A DNA stretch of 64,000 nt from Gammaproteobacteria bacterium (lineage in GTDB: Bacteria > Pseudomonadota > Gammaproteobacteria > UBA4575): the NCBI GenBank assembly GCA_965222615.1, contig CBDCUI010000007.1:576001-640000 (forward strand). Reading direction: 5' to 3'. Under the pieces are notes generated by a model. That model saw only the letters and a list, made by a program, of their open reading frames with translations. It had not been told where the DNA came from and did no database searches. A program made the position numbers and the translations under genes. Below are positions 49,930 to 64,000 of the stretch, piece after piece (the first letter of the stretch is position 1; each line of letters begins with the position of its first letter).

Positions 49930-51261
49930 CTATTTACCAATACAAAATTCACTAAAAATTTTACCCAGTAGCTCATCAGAGGTGAATTCACCTGTGACTT
50001 CCCCTAAACAATCTTGGGTAATACGCAAATCTTCTGCCACCAGTTCTAAATTAGAAGCTTGCTTGAATTGATTCAGCGCTTGTTGTGCATGCTTTTGAGC
50101 CCGCTGAAGTGCGATCAAATGACGCCGTCTAGCTAAAAAGGGCGTATCACCTAGCTCACTTTGGTTAAAACGCTTAGCGATGACATCGATTAAGTTTGTT
50201 AAACCTTGGCCGGTTTTTACTGAAATATATAGCTCATTCAAATTTGCGCTTACTTGCCTAGCAATTAAATCGATTTTGTTATGTACGTGAACAGTTTTAT
50301 GCTCATCGATATCTTGTGGGAGCTGTTGTTCTGGTTGAGATACATCAGTTACCCATAAAATTAGATCTGCCTGGGATAATGCTTGTTGCGCTCGTTCGAT
50401 TCCTAGTACTTCAATCGTATCTTTTGTTTCGCGCAACCCCGCAGTGTCGATTAAGCGAACCGGCAAACCTTTAATGTCAATGTCTACCATAAGTGGATCG
50501 CGAGTTGTGCCTGGAATCTCTGTGACAATGGCTATTTCACTTTGTGCCAAGGCATTCATTAAACTCGACTTACCTGCATTGGGTCTACCAGCGATAGCAA
50601 TGGTTGCGCCGGTTTGTAATTTTTCACCGTGTTGCGCTTGTTGCAGCAATTGAGTTAATTCCGCATGGAGATGAACAAGCTTAGCTTCCAGTTCTCTACC
50701 TTGTTGGGTATCGATCTCCTCATCTGGAAAGTCTAAATACGCTTCTATATTAGTTCGAATTTCGATAAGTGCTGCTAAAATTTTTTGCACACGTTTTGAA
50801 AACTCGCCTTGCAATGATCGTGTAGCAGTACGCACCCCACATTCGGTCGTACTACTGATTAGATCTGCGATGGCTTCAGCTTGAGCCAAATCAATTTTGT
50901 TATTTAAAAATGCACGTTGACTGAACTCGCCTGGTGTTGCCAACCGTGCACCATGTTTACATAGTGTGTCGAGTAATAATTCCGCGATCATCGGATTACC
51001 GTGACACTGAAATTCGACAACATCTTCGCCAGTGTAAGATGCCGGCTGCTGAAAATAGATGGCTACGCCCTCATCAATTACTTCATTGTCTTGATCAAAA
51101 AATTTTGTATACGTGGCCTGCCGTTTTTCTAGTTTTCTGTGTGTAACTTTATGCGCGATATCAGCCACCCCTAACCCAGATAGACGCACAATCGCTAAGG
51201 CGGCGCGCCCACTAGCCGTTGCCAGTGCACAAATTGGTTCTGCTTGTGGTTTTTCGGGCAT
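49930..51261 (-). CDS. mnmE: tRNA modification GTPase
   Basis: SYTGED, GRPNAGKSS, GTTRD, DTAG, FCIGK. Confidence 0.98.
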   Translation of the reverse strand: MPEKPQAEPICALATASGRAALAIVRLSGLGVADIAHKVTHRKLEKRQATYTKFFDQDNEVIDEGVAIYFQQPASYTGEDVVEFQCHGNPMIAELLLDTLCKHGARLATPGEFSQRAFLNNKIDLAQAEAIADLISSTTECGVRTATRSLQGEFSKRVQKILAALIEIRTNIEAYLDFPDEEIDTQQGRELEAKLVHLHAELTQLLQQAQHGEKLQTGATIAIAGRPNAGKSSLMNALAQSEIAIVTEIPGTTRDPLMVDIDIKGLPVRLIDTAGLRETKDTIEVLGIERAQQALSQADLILWVTDVSQPEQQLPQDIDEHKTVHVHNKIDLIARQVSANLNELYISVKTGQGLTNLIDVIAKRFNQSELGDTPFLARRRHLIALQRAQKHAQQALNQFKQASNLELVAEDLRITQDCLGEVTGEFTSDELLGKIFSEFCIGK

Positions 51262-51308
51262 GTAAACGCCCCTTTGTAAAATATTTACCGGGCAAAAATT
51301 ATCATGGT

Positions 51309-53009
51309 TTAGTAATCCGCTTTTTCAATGCGTTTCGTGATTACATATTGTTGCGCGATGGATAAAATATTATTCATTAACCAATACAGTACTAGCCCGG
51401 CGGGGAAAAACGCCATAAAGGCTGTCATCATAATCGGCATCATGGCAAATACTTTGGCTTGCATCGGATCTGGAGGAGTAGGGTTCAATTTAAATTGAAT
51501 GAACATGCTTATCCCCATCAATAAAGGCAATACAAAAATTGGATCACGAATAGACAAGTCTTGAATCCAAAATAAGAATGGAGCTTGGCGTAGTTCTACG
51601 CTTTCAACCAGCACCCAGTATAGCGCCAGAAATACTGGCATTTGTACCAGAATAGGCAAACATCCGCCTAGCGGGTTTATTTTCTCCTTCTTGTACATTT
51701 CCATCACGGCCTGATTTAACTTTGCCTTATCATCTGCGTAACGCTCGCGTAGCGCTTTAAATCTAGGCTGGATTTTGCGCATACGTGCCATAGACTTATA
51801 ACTTGCTTCGGATAGTTTATAAAACAGTAATTTGATTACCACCGTGACTAAGATAATAGCCACACCCCAATTACCAGCCAGTTTATGAAACCACTCTAAC
51901 AACCAAAATAGTGGTTTAGACAATATTGAAAACATACCGTAGTCAACGCTCAAGTCTAATCCTTTTGCAATTTGCTCCATTTCATGTTGCAGTTTTGGCC
52001 CTGCATAAAGACGGCGTTTAAATTCAGCACTACTGTTTGATTGTATGGTCTTGGCTTGCGATAACATACCGATTAAATATTGATACTCGCCCGGTGCTTT
52101 CACCTTTTTACTGTAAAATTTATTTTCTTCTTCGGCACTTGGAACCCATGCAGACACGAAATAATGCTGCAACATAGCGACCCAACCACCTGTCACATCT
52201 TGGCTAATTGGATCTTCTTCCACATCATCAAAAGAATGTTTGTGATAAGCGCCATCGAAATACGCTGTCCCCGTATAGGTTGGCAGGCGTAACCAACCAC
52301 GATCTTTAGAAATAGGACTATGTCTTAATTGTTGATATTGTCTTCCTATCCAAGGGGATGTACCACGGTTAAAAACTTTATGGGTGACATCAAATACAAA
52401 AGAATTGCGATAGAAAGTATATATTTTTTCAACACTAATATTATTATCACCCGACCATTTAAGCGTTACCTCCAAACGATCTTTACCATCTACTAATTTA
52501 TACTGTGTTTGTTCCGCTGTATAGATTTCATGGTGTGTTGGCGCAACATTGCCTGCTACCGCTACACCATCGATTTTGTCATGACGCAATCCAGATTGTG
52601 CGATATAAATTTGATTATCATTGTGCAATAAACGAAATGGTTGATCCTGTTGTTGTAGTGAAACAGGGTAAGTCGGCAAATCTAGCTGACGTATATCTCC
52701 ACCTCGGGTATCGATTGTCACATCCAATACATCTGTTTTAACACTTATTTGTTGGCTTCTAACTAATGGTTTTTCTTCTTCCGTTACATCAGCTGAGGAA
52801 GTGTCTTGGCTGTTATTCGTGCTATTCGATTCTTCCGGTAAATCTTCCATACTTTGAGCAAATTCTTCACCGTTTACATTGCTTTGTTCTGTATTTGGCT
52901 GAGCTACCGGTGGTGGAGCATGCTCTTGCTGCCAAGTAAGCCAAATCATATACAGCAAAAAAGCCAGCGCGATATACAAAAAATATCTTTGATTATCCAT
53001 GAAGGTCAC
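51309..53009 (-). CDS. yidC: membrane protein insertase (probable start MDNQR at 53000)
   Basis: DYG, NWGVAII, YKSMARM, NPLGGCLP, LRQAPF.FWI.DLS. Confidence 0.97.
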   Translation of the reverse strand: MTFMDNQRYFLYIALAFLLYMIWLTWQQEHAPPPVAQPNTEQSNVNGEEFAQSMEDLPEESNSTNNSQDTSSADVTEEEKPLVRSQQISVKTDVLDVTIDTRGGDIRQLDLPTYPVSLQQQDQPFRLLHNDNQIYIAQSGLRHDKIDGVAVAGNVAPTHHEIYTAEQTQYKLVDGKDRLEVTLKWSGDNNISVEKIYTFYRNSFVFDVTHKVFNRGTSPWIGRQYQQLRHSPISKDRGWLRLPTYTGTAYFDGAYHKHSFDDVEEDPISQDVTGGWVAMLQHYFVSAWVPSAEEENKFYSKKVKAPGEYQYLIGMLSQAKTIQSNSSAEFKRRLYAGPKLQHEMEQIAKGLDLSVDYGMFSILSKPLFWLLEWFHKLAGNWGVAIILVTVVIKLLFYKLSEASYKSMARMRKIQPRFKALRERYADDKAKLNQAVMEMYKKEKINPLGGCLPILVQMPVFLALYWVLVESVELRQAPFLFWIQDLSIRDPIFVLPLLMGISMFIQFKLNPTPPDPMQAKVFAMMPIMMTAFMAFFPAGLVLYWLMNNILSIAQQYVITKRIEKADY

Positions 53010-53235
53010 TTTTACCAGGTACAGGATCCATTCCTCCTTGATGCCAAGGGTGACAAGATGAAATTCGTTTGACTGCTAACCAACCACCTCGCACTGCACC
53101 ATGTTGTTGCAGAGCGTCAATAGCATAAGACGAACAAGTGGGATGAAAACGACAATGATTCCCAAGCCATGGGCTTACTACAAAGCGGTAGACTTTGATA
53201 AATGCGATAATTAACTTACAAATAAAGGCATTCAT
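52993..53235 (-). CDS. yidD: membrane protein insertion efficiency factor
   Basis: SPWLGNHCRFHPTCSSYA...CHPW..GG.DPVP. Confidence 0.95.
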   Translation of the reverse strand: MNAFICKLIIAFIKVYRFVVSPWLGNHCRFHPTCSSYAIDALQQHGAVRGGWLAVKRISSCHPWHQGGMDPVPGKSDLHG

Positions 53236-53585
53236 GATGCAACGTTTTCATTCCAGTATTTCATTAATTGCTGTCTCATTTTCTCACGCTGCACTTTCCC
53301 AATTGGCCGTTTTAAAATCACAATAAAATCACAGGCTGGTAATTGTGCTTTATTTAATCGAAAACTTTCCCGAATAATTCTTCTAATCAAATTTCGATCC
53401 ACTGAACGTTTCGCATTCCGTTTGGCAACAACAATTCCTAAACGTGGATAACCAATAGTATTTTCTCTAGATAAAACGATAAAGGAATCACTACTTGATT
53501 TTTTGGCCTGCTCAAAGACTCGTTGAAACTGGCTTGCTGTCCGCAGCCTTTCTAGATTAGTAAACGAAAAATCGCCTACAGACAA
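53232..53585 (-). CDS. rnpA: ribonuclease P protein component
   Basis: RL....F..VF, PRLGIVVAKR, RN.IRR.IRESFR; position after rpmH. Confidence 0.93.
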   Translation of the reverse strand: MSVGDFSFTNLERLRTASQFQRVFEQAKKSSSDSFIVLSRENTIGYPRLGIVVAKRNAKRSVDRNLIRRIIRESFRLNKAQLPACDFIVILKRPIGKVQREKMRQQLMKYWNENVAS

Positions 53586-53591
53586 TTGTTG

Positions 53592-53726
53592 TTACGGGCA
53601 TAAACGTGCACGACCTCGCGCACGTCGAGCATTGATTATTGCGCGGCCACTTTTTGTTTTCATCCTAGCTCTAAATCCATGAGTACGTGCGCGTTTTAGA
53701 TTACTAGGCTGGTATGTACGTTTCAT
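53592..53726 (-). CDS. rpmH: 50S ribosomal protein L34 (below ORF-track cutoff)
   Basis: [44 protein letters not shown]. Confidence 0.97.
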   Translation of the reverse strand: MKRTYQPSNLKRARTHGFRARMKTKSGRAIINARRARGRARLCP

Positions 53727-53929
53727 GTTATTCCAATTTTATAACTTTTTAATTATTACTAACTTTTAAAGGCTTAGGAAAAAGATTTAATAAGGTGCGC
53801 AAAAATAATCGCGCTACTTACATTTGTCAACGACTATTGTCGAATATTAAACAGTAGATAACAATCCCAATACTGGATAGACTGATCAACCCCCATATTA
53901 AACATTACAACTATACTGGAGTCTCACGC

Positions 53930-55270
53930 ATGACAAGCGTTCTTTGGAAATCATGTGTACATCAACTTGAATCTGAACTTACCGAACAACAGCTTAATAC
54001 ATGGATCCGTCCTTTACACGCCATTGAGCAAAATGGTGAAGTAACCTTATTAGCGCCAAATCGCTTTGTCTTAGATTGGGTACATGAGCATTTCCTTAAG
54101 CGCATTGATGAATTAATTCATAGCAACAATAAAACTAGTAAACACCATGTAGTGCTAGAAATCGGTAGTAACGAAAACACCATCTTAGCTTCTAACATAC
54201 AAGGCTCTTCAGTAAATAAGGAGCTAGCAGCGGCCAAGCTGCAACAATATACACATAACCTCAATCCAAACTTTACCTTTGATACATTCGTTGAAGGCAA
54301 ATCGAACCAGTTGCCTAAAGCCGCTGCTTTACAAGTTGCCAATCACCCTGGTGAGGCCTACAACCCTTTGCTCATCTACGGAGGCGTAGGGTTAGGTAAA
54401 ACACACTTATTACATGCCATTGGTAATCAAATGTTAGTCAATGATCCCTCTGTGAAAATTGTCTATTTACACTCTGAGCGATTTGTTGCAGATATGGTCA
54501 AGGCCTTACAACATAACGCCATTAGTGAATTTAAACGTTATTATCGTTCCGTAGATGCTTTACTTATCGACGACATTCAGTTCTTCGCAGGTAAAGAACG
54601 TTCTCAAGAGGAATTCTTCCACACTTTCAACACCTTATTGGAAGGTCAACGGCAAGTGATTCTAACCTGTGACCGTTATCCTAAAGAAGTAGAGGGTTTA
54701 GAGGAGCGACTTAAGTCTCGTTTTGGGTGGGGACTGACACAAGCGATTGAACCGCCTGAATTGGAAACTCGTGTCGCAATCATGCAACGTAAAGCTGAAT
54801 TATTACAGGTCACGCTTCCTAGTGAGGTGGCTTTTTTCATTGGCAAACGTATCCGATCTAACATCCGTGAACTCGAAGGTGCTTTGCGTAGAGTAATTGC
54901 TAATGCACAATTTACGGGATCCGAAATCACCCTCGATTTTGCTAAAGATGCTCTACATGATTTACTAGCATTACAAGACAAGCTCGTCACGATTGATAAT
55001 ATTCAAAAGACTGTCGCTGAATACTATAAAATACGTGTTTCTGATCTGCTTTCAGCACGACGTAGCCGCTCTATTACTCGACCTAGACAGATGGCGATGT
55101 CATTAGCTAAAGAATTAACCAACCATAGTCTACCTGAGATCGGCGATGCATTTGGTGGACGTGACCATACCACGGTGTTACATGCCTGCAGAAAAATGGC
55201 CAGCTTACGTGAAAGTGATACACGACTTAATGACGACTACATTAATCTATTACGTAGCTTAAGTAGTTAA
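53930..55270 (+). CDS. dnaA: chromosomal replication initiator
   Basis: [36 protein letters not shown]. Confidence 0.99.
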   Translation: MTSVLWKSCVHQLESELTEQQLNTWIRPLHAIEQNGEVTLLAPNRFVLDWVHEHFLKRIDELIHSNNKTSKHHVVLEIGSNENTILASNIQGSSVNKELAAAKLQQYTHNLNPNFTFDTFVEGKSNQLPKAAALQVANHPGEAYNPLLIYGGVGLGKTHLLHAIGNQMLVNDPSVKIVYLHSERFVADMVKALQHNAISEFKRYYRSVDALLIDDIQFFAGKERSQEEFFHTFNTLLEGQRQVILTCDRYPKEVEGLEERLKSRFGWGLTQAIEPPELETRVAIMQRKAELLQVTLPSEVAFFIGKRIRSNIRELEGALRRVIANAQFTGSEITLDFAKDALHDLLALQDKLVTIDNIQKTVAEYYKIRVSDLLSARRSRSITRPRQMAMSLAKELTNHSLPEIGDAFGGRDHTTVLHACRKMASLRESDTRLNDDYINLLRSLSS

Positions 55271-55468
55271 TTGCCTGTGAATAAAAGGTGATATAGTTTA
55301 CTAGGATGGTAACAATCCACAGTTATACCAAATCACAGTGATGTAGTAGGTCTAAAATACACTTGTTACTCTTTTAATTTTTTAGATTAACTTATTAATT
55401 ACAAAAGTATTATTAGTGTTATCCACAGAAAAAATCGCTCTTAATAACAACAACTAAATATAACTAAT
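55271..55468. other. probable oriC (dnaA-dnaN intergenic)
   Basis: DnaA boxes TGTGAATAA (55276-55284) and TTATCCACA (55419-55427), a weaker CAATCCACA, and an AT-rich tract at about 55370-55415. Confidence 0.65.
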
Positions 55469-56569
55469 ATGCAGTTATCTATAACACGCGAAGATCTACT
55501 TAAACCACTACAACAAATAATCGGTGCAGTTGAACGTCGTCAGACAATGCCTGCGCTCAGTAATTTATTACTACGTAGTAAAAATGATGGTTTATCTATT
55601 ACTGCAACAGACCTTGAAGTAGAGCTAATTGCCGCACTTGAAACTACGTTAGCTGAAAGTGGTGACACTACAATACCGGCGAGAAAATTATTAGAAATAT
55701 GTCGATCTCTCCCCGATCAGGCAACACTTGAAATTAGTTCTGGCAATGAAAAAGTTAAGGTTAGCTCAGGCCGTAGTCGGTTTACTTTGGCTACCTTACC
55801 TGCTGAAGATTTCCCGACTATCGATGATCTTGAATTAGATGCCGATGTAGTGATTACAGAGGACCTATTGCGTAGTTTGATAGAAAAGACTGCCTTTGCG
55901 ATGGCACAGCAAGATGTGCGTTATTATTTGAACGGGATGTTACTGGAAGTGGATGCTAAGCAGATCAAAACCGTTGCGACAGATGGTCATCGTCTTGCTT
56001 TGTCTAAAGTTGAACATAAATCAGATGTTGATGATATGCGTCAAGTGATTGTGCCTCGCAAGGGAGTACAAGAACTACAGCGCTTGCTTACCCATGAAGA
56101 TAATCAAACGACGGTTTCACTAGGTAAGAATCATCTTCGCGTGAATCTACCTAAGTTACAGTTTACCTCTAAGTTGATTGACGGTCGTTTTCCTGAGTAT
56201 CAGCGAGTGTTACCTGAGGAAGAAGGTAATCGAGCCAAGATGGATAAAAGTCTTTTAAAACAGGCGCTTATGCGTGCATCGATATTGTCTAATGAGAAAT
56301 ATAAGGGCATTCGTCTAATTTTTAATGATAATAAATTAACCATACAAGCACATAATCCCGAACATGAAGAGGCAGAGGACGAATTGGAAATTGACTATCA
56401 AGGCGAAGCAATGGAAGTTGGATTCAATGTAGTCTATTTACTAGATGTACTGAATGCCTTAGAAGACGATGAGGTTGAGCTCATTATCAAAGATGCAAAT
56501 AGCAGCGCCTTGATTATTTCACCTGGTAAGCAGGAAAGTCGTTATGTAGTCATGCCAATGCGTCTTTAA
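55469..56569 (+). CDS. dnaN: DNA polymerase III beta clamp
   Basis: ATDLEVE, AQQDVRYYLNG, ATDGHRL, YVVMPMRL. Confidence 0.99.
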   Translation: MQLSITREDLLKPLQQIIGAVERRQTMPALSNLLLRSKNDGLSITATDLEVELIAALETTLAESGDTTIPARKLLEICRSLPDQATLEISSGNEKVKVSSGRSRFTLATLPAEDFPTIDDLELDADVVITEDLLRSLIEKTAFAMAQQDVRYYLNGMLLEVDAKQIKTVATDGHRLALSKVEHKSDVDDMRQVIVPRKGVQELQRLLTHEDNQTTVSLGKNHLRVNLPKLQFTSKLIDGRFPEYQRVLPEEEGNRAKMDKSLLKQALMRASILSNEKYKGIRLIFNDNKLTIQAHNPEHEEAEDELEIDYQGEAMEVGFNVVYLLDVLNALEDDEVELIIKDANSSALIISPGKQESRYVVMPMRL

Positions 56570-56593
56570 TTCATTGTCTAACTACTATTTCAT

Positions 56594-60126
<3,533 letters not shown>

Positions 60127-60257
60127 TGTAATCGATTTATCTCATTAACTATTTATCTAATCCTATTTCTGCTTGCAATTAGGCTGCTTAGTCTTGATAT
60201 TTGAGTCAAATAACTACTTAAGGACAGAAATATGTCTTTGTCATTTTGGGGCTTCAT

Positions 60258-60830
60258 ATGGAAGTAGGTAGCATTATCATTCTCGCAATTTTAGTGCTTG
60301 TTGCTGGTTACGGGATTGTTATTTACAACGGTTTGGTCTCTTTGAAACATGCCGTGAGTAAAGCCTGGTCCAACATCGATGTATTGTTAAAGCAAAGGCA
60401 TGATGAATTACCGAAATTAATAGAAGTTTGTAAACAATACATGGGCTATGAACAAGAAACTTTGCAAAAAGTAATGGAGGCGAGAACCAAGGTTTCTAAT
60501 GCTCAGCAACAAGGTGATATGGGTGCGCTAGGTGCTGCCGAAGGCATGTTGCGAATGGGCCTGGGTAATTTATTTGCAGTTGCGGAGGATTATCCAGAGC
60601 TTAAAGCGAATGAAACCTTTCAACATTTGCAGCAGAGAATCTCAGGTCTAGAAAATTCCATTGCAGATCGACGTGAGTTTTATAACGAAAGTGTCAATCG
60701 TAACAATGTTCGTATTGAGCAATTCCCAGATGTAATTGTTGCAAAGCTATTTTCATTTAAAGCATTTGAATTACTTGAGTTTGATCAATCTGAAATTAAA
60801 GATGTTGACGTTAAGGCACTGTTTACCTAA
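60258..60830 (+). CDS. lemA: LemA family protein
   Basis: YNGLV.LK..V.KAWSNIDVLLKQR, AVAEDYPELKA, RREFYN, FP; ATG 60258 preferred. Confidence 0.92.
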   Translation: MEVGSIIILAILVLVAGYGIVIYNGLVSLKHAVSKAWSNIDVLLKQRHDELPKLIEVCKQYMGYEQETLQKVMEARTKVSNAQQQGDMGALGAAEGMLRMGLGNLFAVAEDYPELKANETFQHLQQRISGLENSIADRREFYNESVNRNNVRIEQFPDVIVAKLFSFKAFELLEFDQSEIKDVDVKALFT

Positions 60831-60888
60831 TAAGTATTGCCCTTACATCGAGTATTAAATACATAGTTGCTTTTCATCCGCTTCTTTT

Positions 60889-61815
60889 ATGTTGGGATTG
60901 GAACAATATAGCAATGGGGATTGGTTTTTATTGCTAGCTCTTGCTGTGGGAGCTGTAGCCTCTTTACTTGCTTCCATTAAAATGTTTCATCAAGCACGTC
61001 TAATAGAAAATATGCCTACTTCTAAAATTCGTTCTGCTATACAGGGCTATGTAGAATTATATGGTAATGCTGTATGGATGGATGGACCCGAGATCAATGC
61101 GCCATTAACGGGGCTACCTTGTGCTTGGTATTCTTTTTCAATAGAAGAACGTAACCAACATGGAAATAATAAATGGCGTCGTGTGGATTATGGAGTAAGT
61201 GAACATTTATTTTTACTAAAAGATAATACCGGTGAATGTGTCGTTGATCCCGAAGGTGCTGTTGTTACTCCTAGTGCTACAGATACTTGGTATGGGTCTA
61301 GGCCTAACCGCGCAATTAATACCACGAAAGTACATCCTGCAATTGATGTGTTGAGCAAGACTGTTGCAATATCAAGTGCGCCGTATCGCTATACTGAACG
61401 GCGCTTAAATCTTGATGAACCTCTTTATGCCATCGGTGAATTCATCTCAGTGGGGACAGATTATCGTGAAGAATTTGATCATTTGGTTCGAGACTTTTTA
61501 AATAGATTGAAGCGCGATAAAAAAAGGCTGGCACAATATGATGCGAACCATGATGGTGATATCGATCAACAAGAATGGGAGCATGCCCGAACCGATGCTA
61601 AACAAACCGCTGCACAAGAACAGTTGAACAACCCATTACCAAAATCGACGCATTTACTGAAGAAACCTAAACAATCTAAGCACCAACCGTTTTTACTTTC
61701 GGCTAAGGAAGAATCGCATATCTCGCGCAGTAACAAGATATCTTCCATTCTCTTGGCTATCGTGTTTGTAGTCCTATTGGTGGGGATTGTTTTTAAACTG
61801 CTTGGTAAAGTTTGA
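60889..61815 (+). CDS. GIDE-like membrane protein with an EF-hand-like loop
   Basis: IENMPTSKIRSA.QGYVEL.G, F.LKD.TG.C.VDP.GA, DANHDGDIDQQE; TMs at both ends; follows lemA. Confidence 0.7.
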   Translation: MLGLEQYSNGDWFLLLALAVGAVASLLASIKMFHQARLIENMPTSKIRSAIQGYVELYGNAVWMDGPEINAPLTGLPCAWYSFSIEERNQHGNNKWRRVDYGVSEHLFLLKDNTGECVVDPEGAVVTPSATDTWYGSRPNRAINTTKVHPAIDVLSKTVAISSAPYRYTERRLNLDEPLYAIGEFISVGTDYREEFDHLVRDFLNRLKRDKKRLAQYDANHDGDIDQQEWEHARTDAKQTAAQEQLNNPLPKSTHLLKKPKQSKHQPFLLSAKEESHISRSNKISSILLAIVFVVLLVGIVFKLLGKV

Positions 61816-61946
61816 AGAAGCTCTGATTTATCAGCGATAGCGACGGGAGACGAGGCAAAAAATATCGAAAAAGCGGAGTGTATACACAAGCACATGAGCA
61901 TTTTGAGATATTTTTTAACGACGTATCAGAATAAATCAGGGCTTCT
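61816..61946 (+). mobile_element. MITE-like palindromic element (least degenerate copy in the window)
   Basis: TIR AGAAGCTCTGATTTAT / ATAAATCAGGGCTTCT (15/16); internally quasi-palindromic; no ORF. Confidence 0.75.
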
Positions 61947-61999
61947 CTGAATTTAAAAAGTAATTTCACTGCGATTTAGTTAAGGCATAATGCCATTGT

Positions 62000-62644
62000 A
62001 TGAAAAGGCATTTAATGAAAATCGTGGTTTTGGTTATTACTGGGTTAAGTGGTGGAACACTATTAGCTGAACAAACTGCTTACATTACAGACTCCTTGCT
62101 TCTGCGAGTGTACTCTAGTGCAGATGAAACAAGTTCAGTGCTGGAGACCATTGATAGTGGGGATTCCATCGAGCTACTTGAAAAGCAGGGAGATTTTAGC
62201 AAAGTCCGCATTTACGATGGCACGGTAGGCTGGATCAAGTCCGCATTTATTGTTGAGGAGCCGCCTGCAAAGCTACTTTATTATTCTGTAAGTGAACAAA
62301 ACAAAGAACTTAAACAGCAGATAGAGACACTGCAAAATAACTCCAGTGGTAATGATGAAATACAACAAGTTGAGGAGCTAGAACAAGCTTTAGCGAAGCA
62401 AAGGCAGCTTAATCTACAGTTACAAGAGCAGTTAACTAATTTAGAACGAACTGTCGAACTTTCTCCAGAATCTACCGATGTTAAGCAAACCATCCGTACC
62501 AAGATAGCCACACACAACTATTCAAAACAAATCCCTTGGTTAATTGCTGTAGCAATAGCATTGGTAATACTAAGCTTTTTGTTTGGTTTAAAGGTGTCAT
62601 CTCTACGTATGCGTAAACGCCTACATGGGTTTCGCTTGGAATAA
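62000..62644 (+). CDS. SH3-domain membrane-anchored protein (YgiM-like)
   Basis: Signal peptide, YITD.L.L......G....LL.....SKVR..DGTVGWI, coiled coil, C-terminal TM. Confidence 0.8.
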   Translation: MKRHLMKIVVLVITGLSGGTLLAEQTAYITDSLLLRVYSSADETSSVLETIDSGDSIELLEKQGDFSKVRIYDGTVGWIKSAFIVEEPPAKLLYYSVSEQNKELKQQIETLQNNSSGNDEIQQVEELEQALAKQRQLNLQLQEQLTNLERTVELSPESTDVKQTIRTKIATHNYSKQIPWLIAVAIALVILSFLFGLKVSSLRMRKRLHGFRLE

Positions 62645-62679
62645 ACTGAATTGATGTTAGGTGTAGTAGTAGTAACAAA

Positions 62680-63447
62680 ATGAAAATAGCTTCATGGAAT
62701 GTTAATTCGCTACGCGTTCGATTGCCCCAAGTTTTAGAGTGGTTGCAAGATAATCCAGTAGAAGTACTCGCCTTACAAGAAACTAAACTTGTAGATGAAG
62801 ACTTTCCACAGTTAGAAATCAATCAGGCGGGTTATCAAGTTCAATTTTCGGGTCAGAAAACCTATAACGGTGTAGCTGTGTTGACCAAGCAAGAAAGTAC
62901 CGATGTAGTAAAAGACATCAAAGATCTGAATGATCCGCAACGACGAATTTTAGCGGTAACCGTGGAGGATGTACGTATCCTCAATCTATATGTCGTCAAC
63001 GGTAAAGAAGTGGGTTCGGATAAATATACCTATAAACTAGACTGGCTCAAAAAAGTTACTGCGTTTATCAAAACAGATCTCAAAAGATACCCAAGGTATA
63101 TCATATTGGGTGATTTTAATATTGCCCCACAAGATCAAGATGTACATGATCCAACAGCTTGGCAAGAAAAAATTCTGTGTAGTAGCAAAGAGCGCCAAGC
63201 CCTACAAAATATACTCGACTTAGGATTTGTCGATACCTTTCGGCTATTTGAGCAAGAAGAAAACAGCTTTAGCTGGTGGGATTATCGTGCTGCAGCATTT
63301 CGTCGTAACCTGGGTTTGCGTATCGACCTGATTCTTGCCAGTACTCCACTGGAAGCGATTTGTCGTTTCAGCAGTGTTGATAAAGCACCACGAAGTAATG
63401 AACGCCCTTCCGATCACGCCCCGGTCATTGCCGAGTTCTTGTGGTAA
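62680..63447 (+). CDS. xth: exodeoxyribonuclease III
   Basis: SWNVNS, LQETK, GQKTYNGVA, GDFNIAP, RID, SDHAPV. Confidence 0.96.
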   Translation: MKIASWNVNSLRVRLPQVLEWLQDNPVEVLALQETKLVDEDFPQLEINQAGYQVQFSGQKTYNGVAVLTKQESTDVVKDIKDLNDPQRRILAVTVEDVRILNLYVVNGKEVGSDKYTYKLDWLKKVTAFIKTDLKRYPRYIILGDFNIAPQDQDVHDPTAWQEKILCSSKERQALQNILDLGFVDTFRLFEQEENSFSWWDYRAAAFRRNLGLRIDLILASTPLEAICRFSSVDKAPRSNERPSDHAPVIAEFLW

Positions 63448-63790
63448 ATTCATCGATCATGCCTCTAAATATCGATAAAATCTACAAAATGGTATTTGTT
63501 TGAATTTTTTTATAATGCTTCATTAAGCAAAGTCATCGTCGGCACAAAATCATTCAACCTTGTAAAGAGTAGGGGTATTAAATTCATGTCTTGAATTACT
63601 CCATGCTTACTGCATGGGTAGTAGTGCCCTGGCGCGGACCATATGTCGCTCTTTAGTCAATAGGCATGCGTAGTTAACAACTCATGCTGCGTTATTATCT
63701 TGATTACAACACCTATACTATTTCGTACTTGGCATTGTGACATAGTTAAGCGAAACTTCGTTTCACCAAAACCTACTCGGGGGAGTGTCA

Positions 63791-64000
63791 ATGCGTAAAA
63801 TCATGGTGATAAATTCTAAAGGTGGTTCGGGGAAAACTACAGTTGCCACTAACCTAGCGTCCTATCTTGCTACCCAGAATAAAAAAGTCGTACTCATGGA
63901 TTACGATCCTCAAGGCAGCAGCATGGCATGGTTAACTGCACGTTCTGCGGCGAAGACTCCAATACAAGGAATTGCCGCATATAAACGAAGTGCAAAACGT
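63791..64000 (+). CDS. ParA-family ATPase (runs off the right edge)
   Basis: MRKIMVINSKGGSGKTTVATNLAS...DYDPQGSS..WL; GGGAG upstream. Confidence 0.85.
   Translation, partial: MRKIMVINSKGGSGKTTVATNLASYLATQNKKVVLMDYDPQGSSMAWLTARSAAKTPIQGIAAYKRSAKR

Noticed and set aside
63448-63790. Intergenic hairpins (e.g. CCATGC-TTACT-GCATGG) as an ncRNA
   Set aside because: No recognisable family, promoter-terminator pair or repeat support.

Overview
Replication-origin region of an AT-rich gammaproteobacterial chromosome. The right half is the conserved core block glmS-glmU-atpCDGAHFEBI-parB-parA-rsmG-mnmG-mnmE-yidC-yidD-rnpA-rpmH (minus strand) facing dnaA-dnaN-recF-gyrB, with DnaA boxes between dnaA and dnaN and two parS sites inside recF, followed by lemA, a GIDE-like gene, an SH3 gene, xth and a partial ParA-family gene. 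The left half is mostly accessory: tas/FIST/phosphoribulokinase, SulP, trmB-thiG-[opposite-strand membrane gene]-thiS/thiO, an Irr-like Fur protein, tRNA-Thr(CGU) with a covarying two-hairpin repeat array and a Fic gene, then a 9-gene envelope operon (15.6-26.3 kb), a GlyGly-CTERM metalloprotease and an oxidative-stress cluster (truncated globin, catalase, OxyR, redoxin, cytochrome b). The strongest candidate for an undescribed system is the 9-gene operon: one MotA/TolQ/ExbB channel, two ExbD/MotB-like partners ending in vWA domains, an FHA-PEGA-FGE protein, a TPR protein, an actin-like protein and two lipoproteins. Non-coding signals include a c-di-GMP-I riboswitch upstream of the globin, an OxyS-positioned C-rich sRNA candidate divergent from oxyR, and an IS5-like MITE family. 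All calls come from reading the sequence by eye; no searches were run.
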